A stretch of DNA of 32,000 nucleotides from Candidatus Electrothrix yaqonensis (GCA_047651235.1 CP178758.1:1890001-1922000); one strand, 5' to 3'. Counted from the first letter of the stretch, positions 19,134 through 27,600 are shown. Translations and numbers: made by a program. The notes: a model not told the origin generated them from the letters alone.

Positions 19134-20198
19134 ATGAATAAATATATCGAAAAACGTAAATATCCCAGGGTATCACTGAGAGGATATACCGCAGATATCA
19201 CCCGCGGCAGTGTCGTGTATACTGCTGCGGTCCGGGATGCGTCGTTTAATGGTATACAGCTCAATGAGCTGCCGAAAAAATTTACAGCTACAGAAGAAGA
19301 CCTGTTCAATATCGTGGTTTCCAATTATGCGGATGCAAGGCATCACAAGCTGCAGGTGCAGCCCAGATGGGAGCAGAAAGGCGCCTTTTCTGCTGTTGTC
19401 GGCTTCAATATCATCCGGGCGCCTGCAAGCTGGAACAATCTTATTCTGCAGGAACTGCCGCTGGAAGAAAAGAAGAAAAACAGCCCGAAGCGAAAAGATC
19501 CCAGAGTAAAACTGATAGGATATAGCGCAGATATCACCGATGGCAGTTCCATATACACCGCCACTGTCCGGGATGCGTCTTTCGGCGGCATACAGCTTAA
19601 TGACCTGCCAAAAAAATTTACAGCTACAGAAAAAAGCCGGTTTAACATTGTCGTTTCCGGGTATGCGGATTCAACGCATTACAAGCTGCAGGTACAGCCC
19701 AGGTGGCGGCGGCAGGGCGCCTTTTCCACTCTTGTCGGTTTCAATATTCTCAATGCGCCTGCAGGCTGGAACAGTCTGATTCTGCAGGAACTGCCGCTGG
19801 AAGAAAAAAAGAAAAACAGCCCGAAGCGAGAACATCCCAGAGTACCGTTGAGAGGATATACCGCAGATATCACCCACGGCAGCTCCGTGTACACCGCCGC
19901 TGTCCGGGATGCATCTTTCGGCGGCATACAGCTCTATGATCTGCCGAAAAAATTTACCGCTACAGAAGATGAGCTGTTCAGTATCGTGGTTTCCGGTTAT
20001 GCGGACTCGACACATCATAAACTGCAGGTGCAGCCCAGATGGCGGCAGCAGGGCTCTTTTTCCGTTATTGTCGGTTTCAGTATCATCCGGGCACCTAAAA
20101 GCTGGAACAAGCTGATTCTGCAGCAACTTCCGGCAGAAGAAAAGGAGGATCTGAAGAATCAGGAAAGGAAACCTGTTCAACTGTATCTTGCCAGTTAA
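19134..20198 (+). CDS. Protein made of three tandem PilZ (c-di-GMP-binding) domains
   Basis: Three 112-aa units. Each has RxxxR (RKYPR / RKDPR / REHPR) followed about 20 aa later by DxSxxG (DASFNG / DASFGG / DASFGG). The units are joined by ELPLEEKKKNSPKR linkers. An AAGG Shine-Dalgarno-like element lies upstream of the ATG. Confidence 0.92.
   Translation: MNKYIEKRKYPRVSLRGYTADITRGSVVYTAAVRDASFNGIQLNELPKKFTATEEDLFNIVVSNYADARHHKLQVQPRWEQKGAFSAVVGFNIIRAPASWNNLILQELPLEEKKKNSPKRKDPRVKLIGYSADITDGSSIYTATVRDASFGGIQLNDLPKKFTATEKSRFNIVVSGYADSTHYKLQVQPRWRRQGAFSTLVGFNILNAPAGWNSLILQELPLEEKKKNSPKREHPRVPLRGYTADITHGSSVYTAAVRDASFGGIQLYDLPKKFTATEDELFSIVVSGYADSTHHKLQVQPRWRQQGSFSVIVGFSIIRAPKSWNKLILQQLPAEEKEDLKNQERKPVQLYLAS
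19152..20159 (+). repeat. 3 x 336-bp head-to-tail coding repeat
   Basis: Unit boundaries are at 19152, 19488 and 19824 (period 336 bp). By eye the units are roughly 80% identical at nucleotide level. The antisense ORFs in the supplied track also repeat with the same period. Confidence 0.9.
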
Positions 20199-20242
20199 AA
20201 ATGTTAAACCGAGAAGGGTGAAAAAAGTTATACAAACTTGAT

Positions 20243-20367
20243 AATGCGAATTAGGAGTTGGACTCTCCTGATTACACAAAAACAGTCAGTTACGGAAAGT
20301 CCGCTAAAGATATACTCTTCCGGTCCCCCTGTTTTTTCAGCATATTTTTTAACCCCTAATTCGCATT
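20243..20367. repeat. 125-bp inverted-repeat element immediately downstream of the triple-PilZ gene
   Basis: AATGCGAATTAGG (20243-20255) and its perfect reverse complement CCTAATTCGCATT (20355-20367), 99-nt spacer. The arms extend to 17 nt with 1 mismatch. The right arm abuts the conserved TAACTATGCTATA 13-mer. Confidence 0.55.
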
Positions 20368-20486
20368 GATAACTATGCTATAGACTTTCGCTACAAAGCA
20401 GCATGATCCCGAATTCTCGAATGAGCCAGTTCTGAACTCAAATAATCGTAGGACAACGGCAATTTTAATCTTCCTGTAAAAAAAAC

Positions 20487-20515
20487 TTGACTGACTGTTC
20501 AGTATCCTGTATTAT
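20487..20515 (+). promoter_or_regulatory. Near-consensus sigma70-like promoter inside the PilZ intergenic tract
   Basis: TTGACT (20487-20492), exactly 17 nt, TATTAT (20510-20515). Confidence 0.5.
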
Positions 20516-20690
20516 GTAAAAATAAAGCTGAAGGAAAGTATGACTGGCGCAGACTTCGTTACTCCGGTTGGCTGCTGTTTTTTTTGGGTTGGACAGAAAA
20601 GGATTGCGGTGCAGCTTTCCGAAAAACAAAACGTACACATTCTACAAACTTCAAACACGCTCATAACATAATGGCAACGCTTATTCAGTA

Positions 20691-20808
20691 AGCAGGTGCC
20701 GTGCTTTCCGGTCGATTGACGGAAAGCTGATAAAGCCACAACCGCTGCGAGGCGGTGTCGGAAAGCTGAGGGTCTCCGCAGAGGAGACGGCCGGGCTGCC
20801 TGCTTTTT
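20691..20808 (+). ncRNA. Candidate structured RNA / cis-regulatory leader, class unknown
   Basis: Closing stem AGCAGG (20691-96) / CCTGCT (20799-804), then T5. Internal hairpins: GCTTTCCG/CGGAAAGC (20703-27), ACCGC/GCGGT (20741-56) and GTCTCC/GGAGAC (20772-88). A second exact copy of CGGAAAGCTGA (20759-69) could pair with 20703-10 instead. Confidence 0.3.
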
Positions 20809-20835
20809 ATAAATCTTATTACCGGGAGGTATGTT

Positions 20836-21009
20836 ATGAAATCCGCAGAAGCGGGCTTCACCCGCATCGTTTCCTCCGGCCGCTCCGGCTGGTTGTCTCT
20901 TCGCAGTTGTTTTCCTGCTTCCGTTTCGAAAGAAAGATTTCAGTTCGATTGTCCGGAATATAAAAGATCACTTTGCATTGGAAATGCTGCGGCTCTGACC
21001 GTTCTGTAA
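20836..21009 (+). CDS. Hypothetical 57-aa protein (below the ORF-track cutoff)
   Basis: ATG at 20836 preceded by GGGAGG with a 6-nt spacer. It translates to MKSAEAGFTRIVSSGRSGWLSLRSCFPASVSKERFQFDCPEYKRSLCIGNAAALTVL with stop TAA at 21007-21009. I recognise no family. Confidence 0.3.
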   Translation: MKSAEAGFTRIVSSGRSGWLSLRSCFPASVSKERFQFDCPEYKRSLCIGNAAALTVL

Positions 21010-21138
21010 AAAAACTCAATGGACAGGAAAAGACAGGTGATGCACGCAATCCTGTCCTGACCAAAAACAACACGGAGCAGAGTGAGAATTTCAGCTCTTT
21101 CAATCTGATGAAGAAACCTGAAAATGAAGGTGACCCCT

Positions 21139-21543
21139 ATGACGAAACATATCGAAAGACGAAAACATCCCAGAATAAAACTGACAGGATATACAGCAGA
21201 TATCACCGACGGCAGCATCGTGTACACCGCAACAGTTCAGGATGCGTCTTTTGAAGGTGTTCTGCTGAATGATCTGCCGAAAAGATTTGCTACTACGGTA
21301 AAAGGCGAGCAGTTCAGCATCATCGTTTCCGGTTATACAGATTCAACGCATTACAAATTCAAGGTGCATTCCTGCTGGCAACAGCAGGACGCCTTTTCCG
21401 TCATGGTCGGCTTCAATATCGTCAATGCACCTGCCAGCTGGAAGGCGTTAATCCGGCAGGAATTGCCGATGGAGGAACAGGACAATCAGGAGGAAAACCA
21501 GGAAGAAGAAATCTGGGATCAGTATGTCAGCGCCAGAGTCTGA
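21139..21543 (+). CDS. Single-domain PilZ protein, paralogue of the triple-PilZ repeat unit
   Basis: MTKHIERRKHPRIKLTGYTADITDGSIVYTATVQDASFEGV.. contains RxxxR (RKHPR) and DxSxxG (DASFEG). The tail is acidic. ATG 21139 is preferred over 21124 by alignment with MNKYIEKRKYPR of the triple gene and by the AAGGTGA element 5 nt upstream. Confidence 0.9.
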   Translation: MTKHIERRKHPRIKLTGYTADITDGSIVYTATVQDASFEGVLLNDLPKRFATTVKGEQFSIIVSGYTDSTHYKFKVHSCWQQQDAFSVMVGFNIVNAPASWKALIRQELPMEEQDNQEENQEEEIWDQYVSARV

Positions 21544-21711
21544 TCGGAGAACAGGCCCGTATAATTTAGTCGTATAATCATCCGAACAAATCCGTCAACC
21601 GACCTCAGCCTCAAAACTTCTTCGCCCGTCCCGCCTGCTGCCGCTTCTGCCCTGACAGTCAGAGTTCTATGCGCGGCAGGCCGGTTTTGTCCTTTGACGC
21701 CGAACAGACCC

Positions 21712-22599
21712 ATGCTCTCTCCCGCTGATCTGCAGAGACGATCCCTGCTTATCCAAGCTGTCCGGAATTTTTTTTTCGACCGGCAGTACATTGAAGTGGA
21801 TACTCCGATCCGTCTGCCGGTACTGATTCCGGAAGCGGAAATTCTTCCTCTTTCTTCTGAAGATCATTTCCTGCAGACTTCGCCGGAACTGTGCATGAAG
21901 CGGCTCCTGGCCGGGGGCTGCTCCCGGCTCTTTCAGATTTGTCCCTGTTTCCGCAAAGGAGAACGCGGGCGGCTGCATCAGGAGGAGTTCACCATGCTGG
22001 AATGGTACCGGACCGGCTGGAGTTACCTTGAGTTAATGAAAGAATGCGAAGAAATGATCCGGCAGGTTGCGGGCCGGGAGACGATTCTCTGCTCCGGGCG
22101 GGAAATCGCTCTGGCAGGCCCTTGGCAACGGCTCACCGTGAACGATGCCTTTATCTGCTATGCAGGAGTATCGGCGCATGAAGCTGTACGGACAGGCCGG
22201 TTTGATGAGCTGCTGGTGGGCAAGGTGGAGCCGCATCTCGGCTGGCAGACGCCAATCTTTCTGTATGATTATCCCGTTGCGCTGGCCTCGCTGGCCCAAC
22301 CGAAGCAGGATGCGCCGGAACTGGCGGAACGGTTTGAACTCTACATCGCCGGAATCGAGCTGGCCAACGGTTTTTCCGAACTGACCGATCCGGTCGTGCA
22401 GCACCGGCGTTTCTGTGAGGAGATCGCCAAAGCCAGCACCCGGAACCGAACCTGCCAGCTGCCGGAAAAATTTCTTGCCGCGCTTGAGCATCTGCCTGAA
22501 TGCGCCGGCATCGCTCTCGGACTGGACCGCCTGTTCATGCTGCTGCTGGGCCGGGACTGTATTGCCGATGTACGCCCCTTTCGTGATATGGAGCTGTAG
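21712..22599 (+). CDS. epmA: EF-P lysine ligase EpmA (PoxA/GenX, truncated LysRS paralogue)
   Basis: Near-colinear with E. coli EpmA: FFFDRQYIEVDTP, LQTSPELCMKRLLAGG, FRKGERGRLHQEEFTMLEWY, ERFELYIAGIELANGFSEL, GIALGLDRL. There is no anticodon-binding domain. ATG 21712 is preferred to the TTG at 21694. Confidence 0.9.
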   Translation: MLSPADLQRRSLLIQAVRNFFFDRQYIEVDTPIRLPVLIPEAEILPLSSEDHFLQTSPELCMKRLLAGGCSRLFQICPCFRKGERGRLHQEEFTMLEWYRTGWSYLELMKECEEMIRQVAGRETILCSGREIALAGPWQRLTVNDAFICYAGVSAHEAVRTGRFDELLVGKVEPHLGWQTPIFLYDYPVALASLAQPKQDAPELAERFELYIAGIELANGFSELTDPVVQHRRFCEEIAKASTRNRTCQLPEKFLAALEHLPECAGIALGLDRLFMLLLGRDCIADVRPFRDMEL

Positions 22600-22843
22600 T
22601 AACGCAACCGACAGTTTCTCTCTTTCCGTCTTTTTTCTTTTATCTGCCAGCCGATACATATTCTTATTTGGTTTTGATCTTTTTCATGGTTTAATTTTAT
22701 GAGAAGGTCGGGTTTTCCGGCAAATACGAAGACAGCACAGAGACCGGATAATGATGCACTCTGCAGCGCAGCTCCTGCTGAAAACTGCTGCTCACGCTCC
22801 TGTCCGGATCACACAGATACCAACACATAGTGAGTACAGAAAA

Positions 22844-23158
22844 ATGAAAAAAAAATTAAACTGCTGGGATGTGAAGAAATGCGGGCGCCAGCCGGGCGGC
22901 GACAAGGTCGAAGAGCTCGGAGTCTGTCCTGTAGCCGAAGAAACACGGGCTGACGGCATTCACGGCGGAGAAAACGGAGGGCGCTGCTGCTGGGCAATCG
23001 CAGGTTCACTGTGCAAAGGAGAACGACAGGGTAGCTATACGGAAAAATTCGGTGACTGCCATCACTGCGATTTCTACGAAACGGTCAGGAGAGAAGAACA
23101 GCCGGAATTCAAGATAGGCATCACCATTCTCAAGGAAATCAAGAAAAAAGGTTCCTGA
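22844..23158 (+). CDS. Stand-alone Cys-rich protein resembling the two-CW domain
   Basis: MKKKLNCWDVKKCGRQPGG..LGVCPV..GGRCCWAIAGSLCKG..GDCHHCDFY. It has 8 Cys, including two Cys-Trp dipeptides. The start is taken at the internal ATG 22844. The family name is from memory. Confidence 0.7.
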   Translation: MKKKLNCWDVKKCGRQPGGDKVEELGVCPVAEETRADGIHGGENGGRCCWAIAGSLCKGERQGSYTEKFGDCHHCDFYETVRREEQPEFKIGITILKEIKKKGS

Positions 23159-23289
23159 TGACCCAGGGATACCTTCTCTTGCAAAACGTTTTATATCAAC
23201 AAATTGAGAGGGTAGTTTTTTGGTTTTGCAGGAAGTCTATTCTCTGGAAAAATGTCAAATCAGGGAATCCTGAGGGTGTGAAATACCCC

Positions 23290-23318
23290 TTGCCTGTCCG
23301 TGCGTTCTTCCGTATCAT
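23290..23318 (+). promoter_or_regulatory. Sigma70-like promoter candidate for glmU-like gene
   Basis: TTGCCT (23290-95), 17-nt spacer, TATCAT (23313-18), about 80 nt upstream of ATG 23400. Confidence 0.4.
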
Positions 23319-23399
23319 ATGCCATCCATTTTTTAGGAATCAGTCAGAACCAAAGAATAAGGAGCACGTTCTGCAGACGTGTTCCGGGAGTACAGTTGT

Positions 23400-24431
23400 A
23401 TGAAGACCCCGAAGATCTCCGCAGTGGTGCTTGCCGCCGGCAAAGGGACCCGTATGAAGTCCGGCAGGGCCAAGGTGCTGCATGAACTGTTTTTTAAGCC
23501 CATGCTTCACCATGTGCTGGATGCGGTAACGGCGGCGGACATTCAGCATACGGCCGTGATTGTCGGGCACCAGCGCCATGAGGTGCAGGCCTCGCTGGAG
23601 GATTCCCCGGTAGGATACCAGTTCACTCCGGTGGTGCAGGAGGAGCAGCTGGGAACCGGCCATGCAGTGCTCTGCGCGGAATCCTCCTGCAGCGCCGGTG
23701 CAGCAGACATGGTGATGATCCTCTGCGGCGATACCCCGCTTATCCGCCCTGAAACGCTGCAGGCCATGATTGACCGGCATCTTCGCACCGGAGCTGTCCT
23801 CACCCTGATGACCACCCTGCTGGAAGACCCCTTCGGGTACGGCAGAATTCTTACGGACGACCGGGGCGGGGTTGCAGCCATTGTTGAGCAGAAAGATGCG
23901 ACTGAAAAGCAGCGGGCCATCCGGGAAATCAATGCGGGCATCTATCTCGCAGACAGGGAATTTCTTTTTACCGCCCTGCAGCAGGTGGGCACGAATAACG
24001 CACAGGGCGAGGTATATCTGACGGATATTGTGGCGATTGCAGCCGGGCAGGGGCACAGAGTGGAAAAACTTGTCCATTCTCCGGCCATTGACGTGCTGGG
24101 CGTGAATTCCAGAGTAGAGCTTGCCCGGGCGCATACCGAGCTGCAGCTCCGTCATAATCGAAAGATGATGCTCAGCGGGGTGACCATGTTCTCCCCGGAA
24201 ACCATCCTCATCTCGCCGGATTGCACTGTGGGTCAGGACAGCATGCTGCAGGCCGGAGTCCAGATCAGCGGGGCCTCAGAAATCGGCAGCAGAGTGCAGC
24301 TGGACTCAGGCGTTATCCTGCGGAACTGCCGGATCGGCGATAATGCGGTTGTCGGCGCGAACAGCGTTCTGCAGAACTGCACCATTGAAGAAGGTGCTTT
24401 GGTTCCGCCGCTGACCTTCTGTTCGAAATAA
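23400..24431 (+). CDS. glmU: GlmU-like UDP-N-acetylglucosamine pyrophosphorylase with a shortened C-terminal left-handed beta-helix
   Basis: LAAGKGTRM, EEQLGTGHA, LCGDTPL, FGYGRI, VEQKDATEKQ, EINAGIY and NNAQGEVYLTDI follow E. coli GlmU in order. Only about 90 aa of hexapeptide repeats come after the linker before the stop (344 aa versus about 456 in E. coli). Confidence 0.85.
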   Translation: MKTPKISAVVLAAGKGTRMKSGRAKVLHELFFKPMLHHVLDAVTAADIQHTAVIVGHQRHEVQASLEDSPVGYQFTPVVQEEQLGTGHAVLCAESSCSAGAADMVMILCGDTPLIRPETLQAMIDRHLRTGAVLTLMTTLLEDPFGYGRILTDDRGGVAAIVEQKDATEKQRAIREINAGIYLADREFLFTALQQVGTNNAQGEVYLTDIVAIAAGQGHRVEKLVHSPAIDVLGVNSRVELARAHTELQLRHNRKMMLSGVTMFSPETILISPDCTVGQDSMLQAGVQISGASEIGSRVQLDSGVILRNCRIGDNAVVGANSVLQNCTIEEGALVPPLTFCSK

Positions 24432-24614
24432 CAGGGAAAACAGACTGCGGACCCGACCGGCCGGAACATGGCTGCATGTATTTTTCTGAGCAAAATCAGC
24501 TTCTCCGCAGGAGAAGACAGGAGAGATTGATATTTACTTTATTCATCCGACAGAGTATAGATAAAGGCTCAGGAAAATCCAACCGAAACAGTCATCTTTT
24601 TCGTCTGCAAAGAA

Positions 24615-27600
24615 ATGAAAATCGTCCCGGAAAGCGTGGGAACTCATTTCTCCCTGAGCTGTCTTGCCGTGCCTGCAGCCGCATGGGGTCTTTATTGGGC
24701 AGGCTCGGAGAGCTATCTTCTTTTCCACACCCTGGCCGGAGTGTTCAGCAGTATCATTGCCTGCGCCATCTTTATTTTTGCCTGGAATACACGCCAGCTG
24801 CAGGCCAATCATTACTTTCTTTTCCTCGGTATAGCCTACCTTTTTGTCGGAGCAATCGATTTCGGCCATACCCTTGCGTACAGGGAAATGCAAATTTTCC
24901 CGGAACTTCCGGAAGAGTTTGCCGTCCACCTCCGGCTTGCCGCCCGGTATACAGAGGGCATCTCCCTGCTGCTCGCCTTTTTTTTTCTCCGGAAGAAAAT
25001 AAACGAGTATATAGTCTTTCTTGTCTACCTTGCTTTTGTCTCCCTGCTGTTCAGAGCCATTTTTTCACAGCCCTCTTTCCCGGCATTCCTCATGGAGCGT
25101 GTCGGCCCTGTGGTATGCAGAAAGGACGGCGAGTATCTGATCTGCTGCATGCTGCTCTGTACTCTTTTTCTTTTGCACAAACAGCGCCGCTTCTTTGACA
25201 GGACGGTTCTCCGCTTTCTCCAAGCCGGGATTATCTGTACCATAATCGCGGAACTGGCCTTTGCCGGTATTGCAGGTCTGTTCAGCCCCTCCGGCATGAT
25301 TGGCCATTTCTGCAAAATTTTTTCCTTTTACTGCATCTACAGGGCAATTCTGGAAATCGGCCTGAGCAGACCGTATAATATTCTGTTCCGGGAGATAAAG
25401 AAGCAGGGGGCGGACCTGGAAGATAAGGTCCGGGAACGGACTGCAGCCCTCCAGCAGAGCACGGAATATCTTGAAAAAGAAATAACCGAACGGATCAAGG
25501 CGGAAAAAGAACTCCGCTGGGAACTTGCCGTGAACAGGGAACTGGCAGCGGTCTCCGATACCCTGATCTCACGTTCTTTTACCTTTCAGGAGGTTGCCGG
25601 ACCGGTGCTCAGGTCTGCGTATAACCTCACGGATTGTCTGTATGCTATGCTGATTTCTATCGACCGGGGCAGCGGTACAGTGACAGCGTATCCGCTCTCC
25701 TTTTCCGAACAAAATTCTGCTGCCCGGCATGAACCTCTGCTTCTTTTCTCCGGCAGCGAAGGGGAATATCCCGGCTTATGGGGCCAATCGCTTAATACAC
25801 AGCAGGGGTTCTGCATGGATTTTGTCCGTTCCGTTGAGCAGCAGGATACCGGGTTTCCCTGTGATTTTTTGCCGAAAAAAAATTATCTGAATGTTCCGGT
25901 GGTGATCGACAGGGAAGCGGTCGGGCTAATTGCCCTTGCTGATAAACGGGAGAATTTTACCCGTTATAATCTGCTTGCGGTTGAACGGCTGGCGGCTCTG
26001 CTTGCTCTGTTCATCCAGCGGCGGGAGATGGAGAAGGCACTGACCAGAAGTGAGTTCAAATACAGGAGTTTATTTAATGATGCTCCTGACATGATTCACA
26101 TCATTGATGACGAGCAGAGGATTATCAGTGTGAATCCTGTTGAACTCCGGACCTTAGGGTACGGGAAAGAGGAAATTGTCGGCAGTCCTCTGCTTACTCT
26201 CATCCATCCGGACTGGCAGAAAAGTACTGCCCAGACTCTTGAGCAAATTTTTGCCGCCGGGGAGTGTGTAAAAAATTATGAGACAGTTCTGCTCAGCAAA
26301 AGCGGCGAACAAATTGATGTGGAAGTCAGTGCAGTACCGCAGCTTGAGCAGGGCCGGGTAGTCTCTGTCCGCGCGATTATGCGCAATATTACGGAGCGAA
26401 AAAAGGAGGAAAAGGAAAAAAGAAACTTGGAGCTGCAGCTCCGGCAGGCCAGAAAGATGGAGGCCATCGGCACGCTTGCCGGTGGAATTGCCCATGATTT
26501 CAATAATATTCTTGGGCCGATCTTCGGGTACACAGAGCTGGCGCTGGATATTCTTCCTGCTGAAGACAGAGCTTCCCTCTGGCTGCGGGAAGTATTGCGT
26601 GCCAGCCATCGGGCCAGAGAGCTTGTCCGGCAGATTCTGACCATCAGCCGCAAAACCGATCAGGAGGTGCAGCCCCTCAGAATTCAGTTTATCATCAAGG
26701 AAGCACTGAAGCTGCTGCGCTCCTCTCTGCCCAGCAGTATCGAGATCCGGCAGAATATCGACCCGGACTGTGCTGCAGTAATGGCAGATCCGACCAGGAT
26801 TCATCAGGTGATCATGAATCTCTGCACCAATGCCTATCATGCCATGCGGGAGACCGGAGGAGTACTGGACGTCACTCTGCAGCCTGTTGAGTTTGAGCTG
26901 TATGAGGATAACCAGAACCATAACCGGAACAGCAGGATGCGTCTGCAGCCGGGCCGGTACCTGCAGTTATGTGTGAGCGATACCGGCTGCGGCATCCCTA
27001 TGGAATTACTGGAAAAAATTTTTGAGCCCTATTTCACCACCAGAGGCCAAGGAGAGGGCACGGGCTTGGGGCTTGCCTTGGTACAGAGCATTATCCTTGA
27101 CTTGGGCGGGGATATTACCGTGTGCAGTGAACCGGGAAAAGGAACAGTATTTGATATCTGTCTGCCGGTCTGTACAGCCGGAAGGAAACCTGCGCAAATT
27201 ACTGAGGACTCCTCCCGCTTTCCGCAGGGAAATGAGCGGATTCTTGTGGTTGATGATGACCGGGAACTGGGACGGATGAGTAAAAATGTTCTGGAGAGCC
27301 TGGGATATCAGGTGATTGTCTATACGGACAGCTCTTCAGCTCTTGCCGCGTTTCAGCAGGAACCTGATTTTTTTGATCTGATTTTAACGGATATGACTAT
27401 GCCTCGGATGACAGGGGACAAGCTGTCCGGGAAAATTCTTGCGCTCCGCCCTGATATGCCCATTATTATCTGCACCGGCTTCAGCGAACTGATGGACGAA
27501 CGCAAGGCGCGGGATATCGGAGCCCGCGCCTTTATAATGAAACCCTTTACCAAAAAGGAACTGGCCTGTTCCGTCCGTCAGGTACTTGATTGTCAAGTGC

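Noticed and set aside
19671-20279. 202-aa minus-strand ORF and several 60-100-aa ORFs on both strands across the PilZ repeats
   Set aside because: They repeat with the same 336-bp period only because the underlying PilZ coding repeat does. They have no start context or motifs. The plus-strand frame carries the PilZ signatures.
18953-20382. Treating the shared 13-mer TAACTATGCTATA as statistically significant on its own
   Set aside because: Several exact 13-mer direct repeats are expected by chance among all position pairs in 32 kb (about 5e8 pairs / 4^13, roughly 7). It is only meaningful because it sits in similar flanking context upstream of paralogous genes.
20691-20808. Assigning the structured RNA candidate to a known riboswitch class (c-di-GMP-I/II, TPP, cobalamin, SAM-I, glycine)
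   Set aside because: Superficial resemblances exist: GGTGCC-hairpin-CTGATAAAGCC versus the TPP GGUGC..CUGAGA element, and GGAGACGGCC versus the B12 box. The other obligatory conserved blocks of those classes, as I recall them, are absent, so I leave the class unknown.
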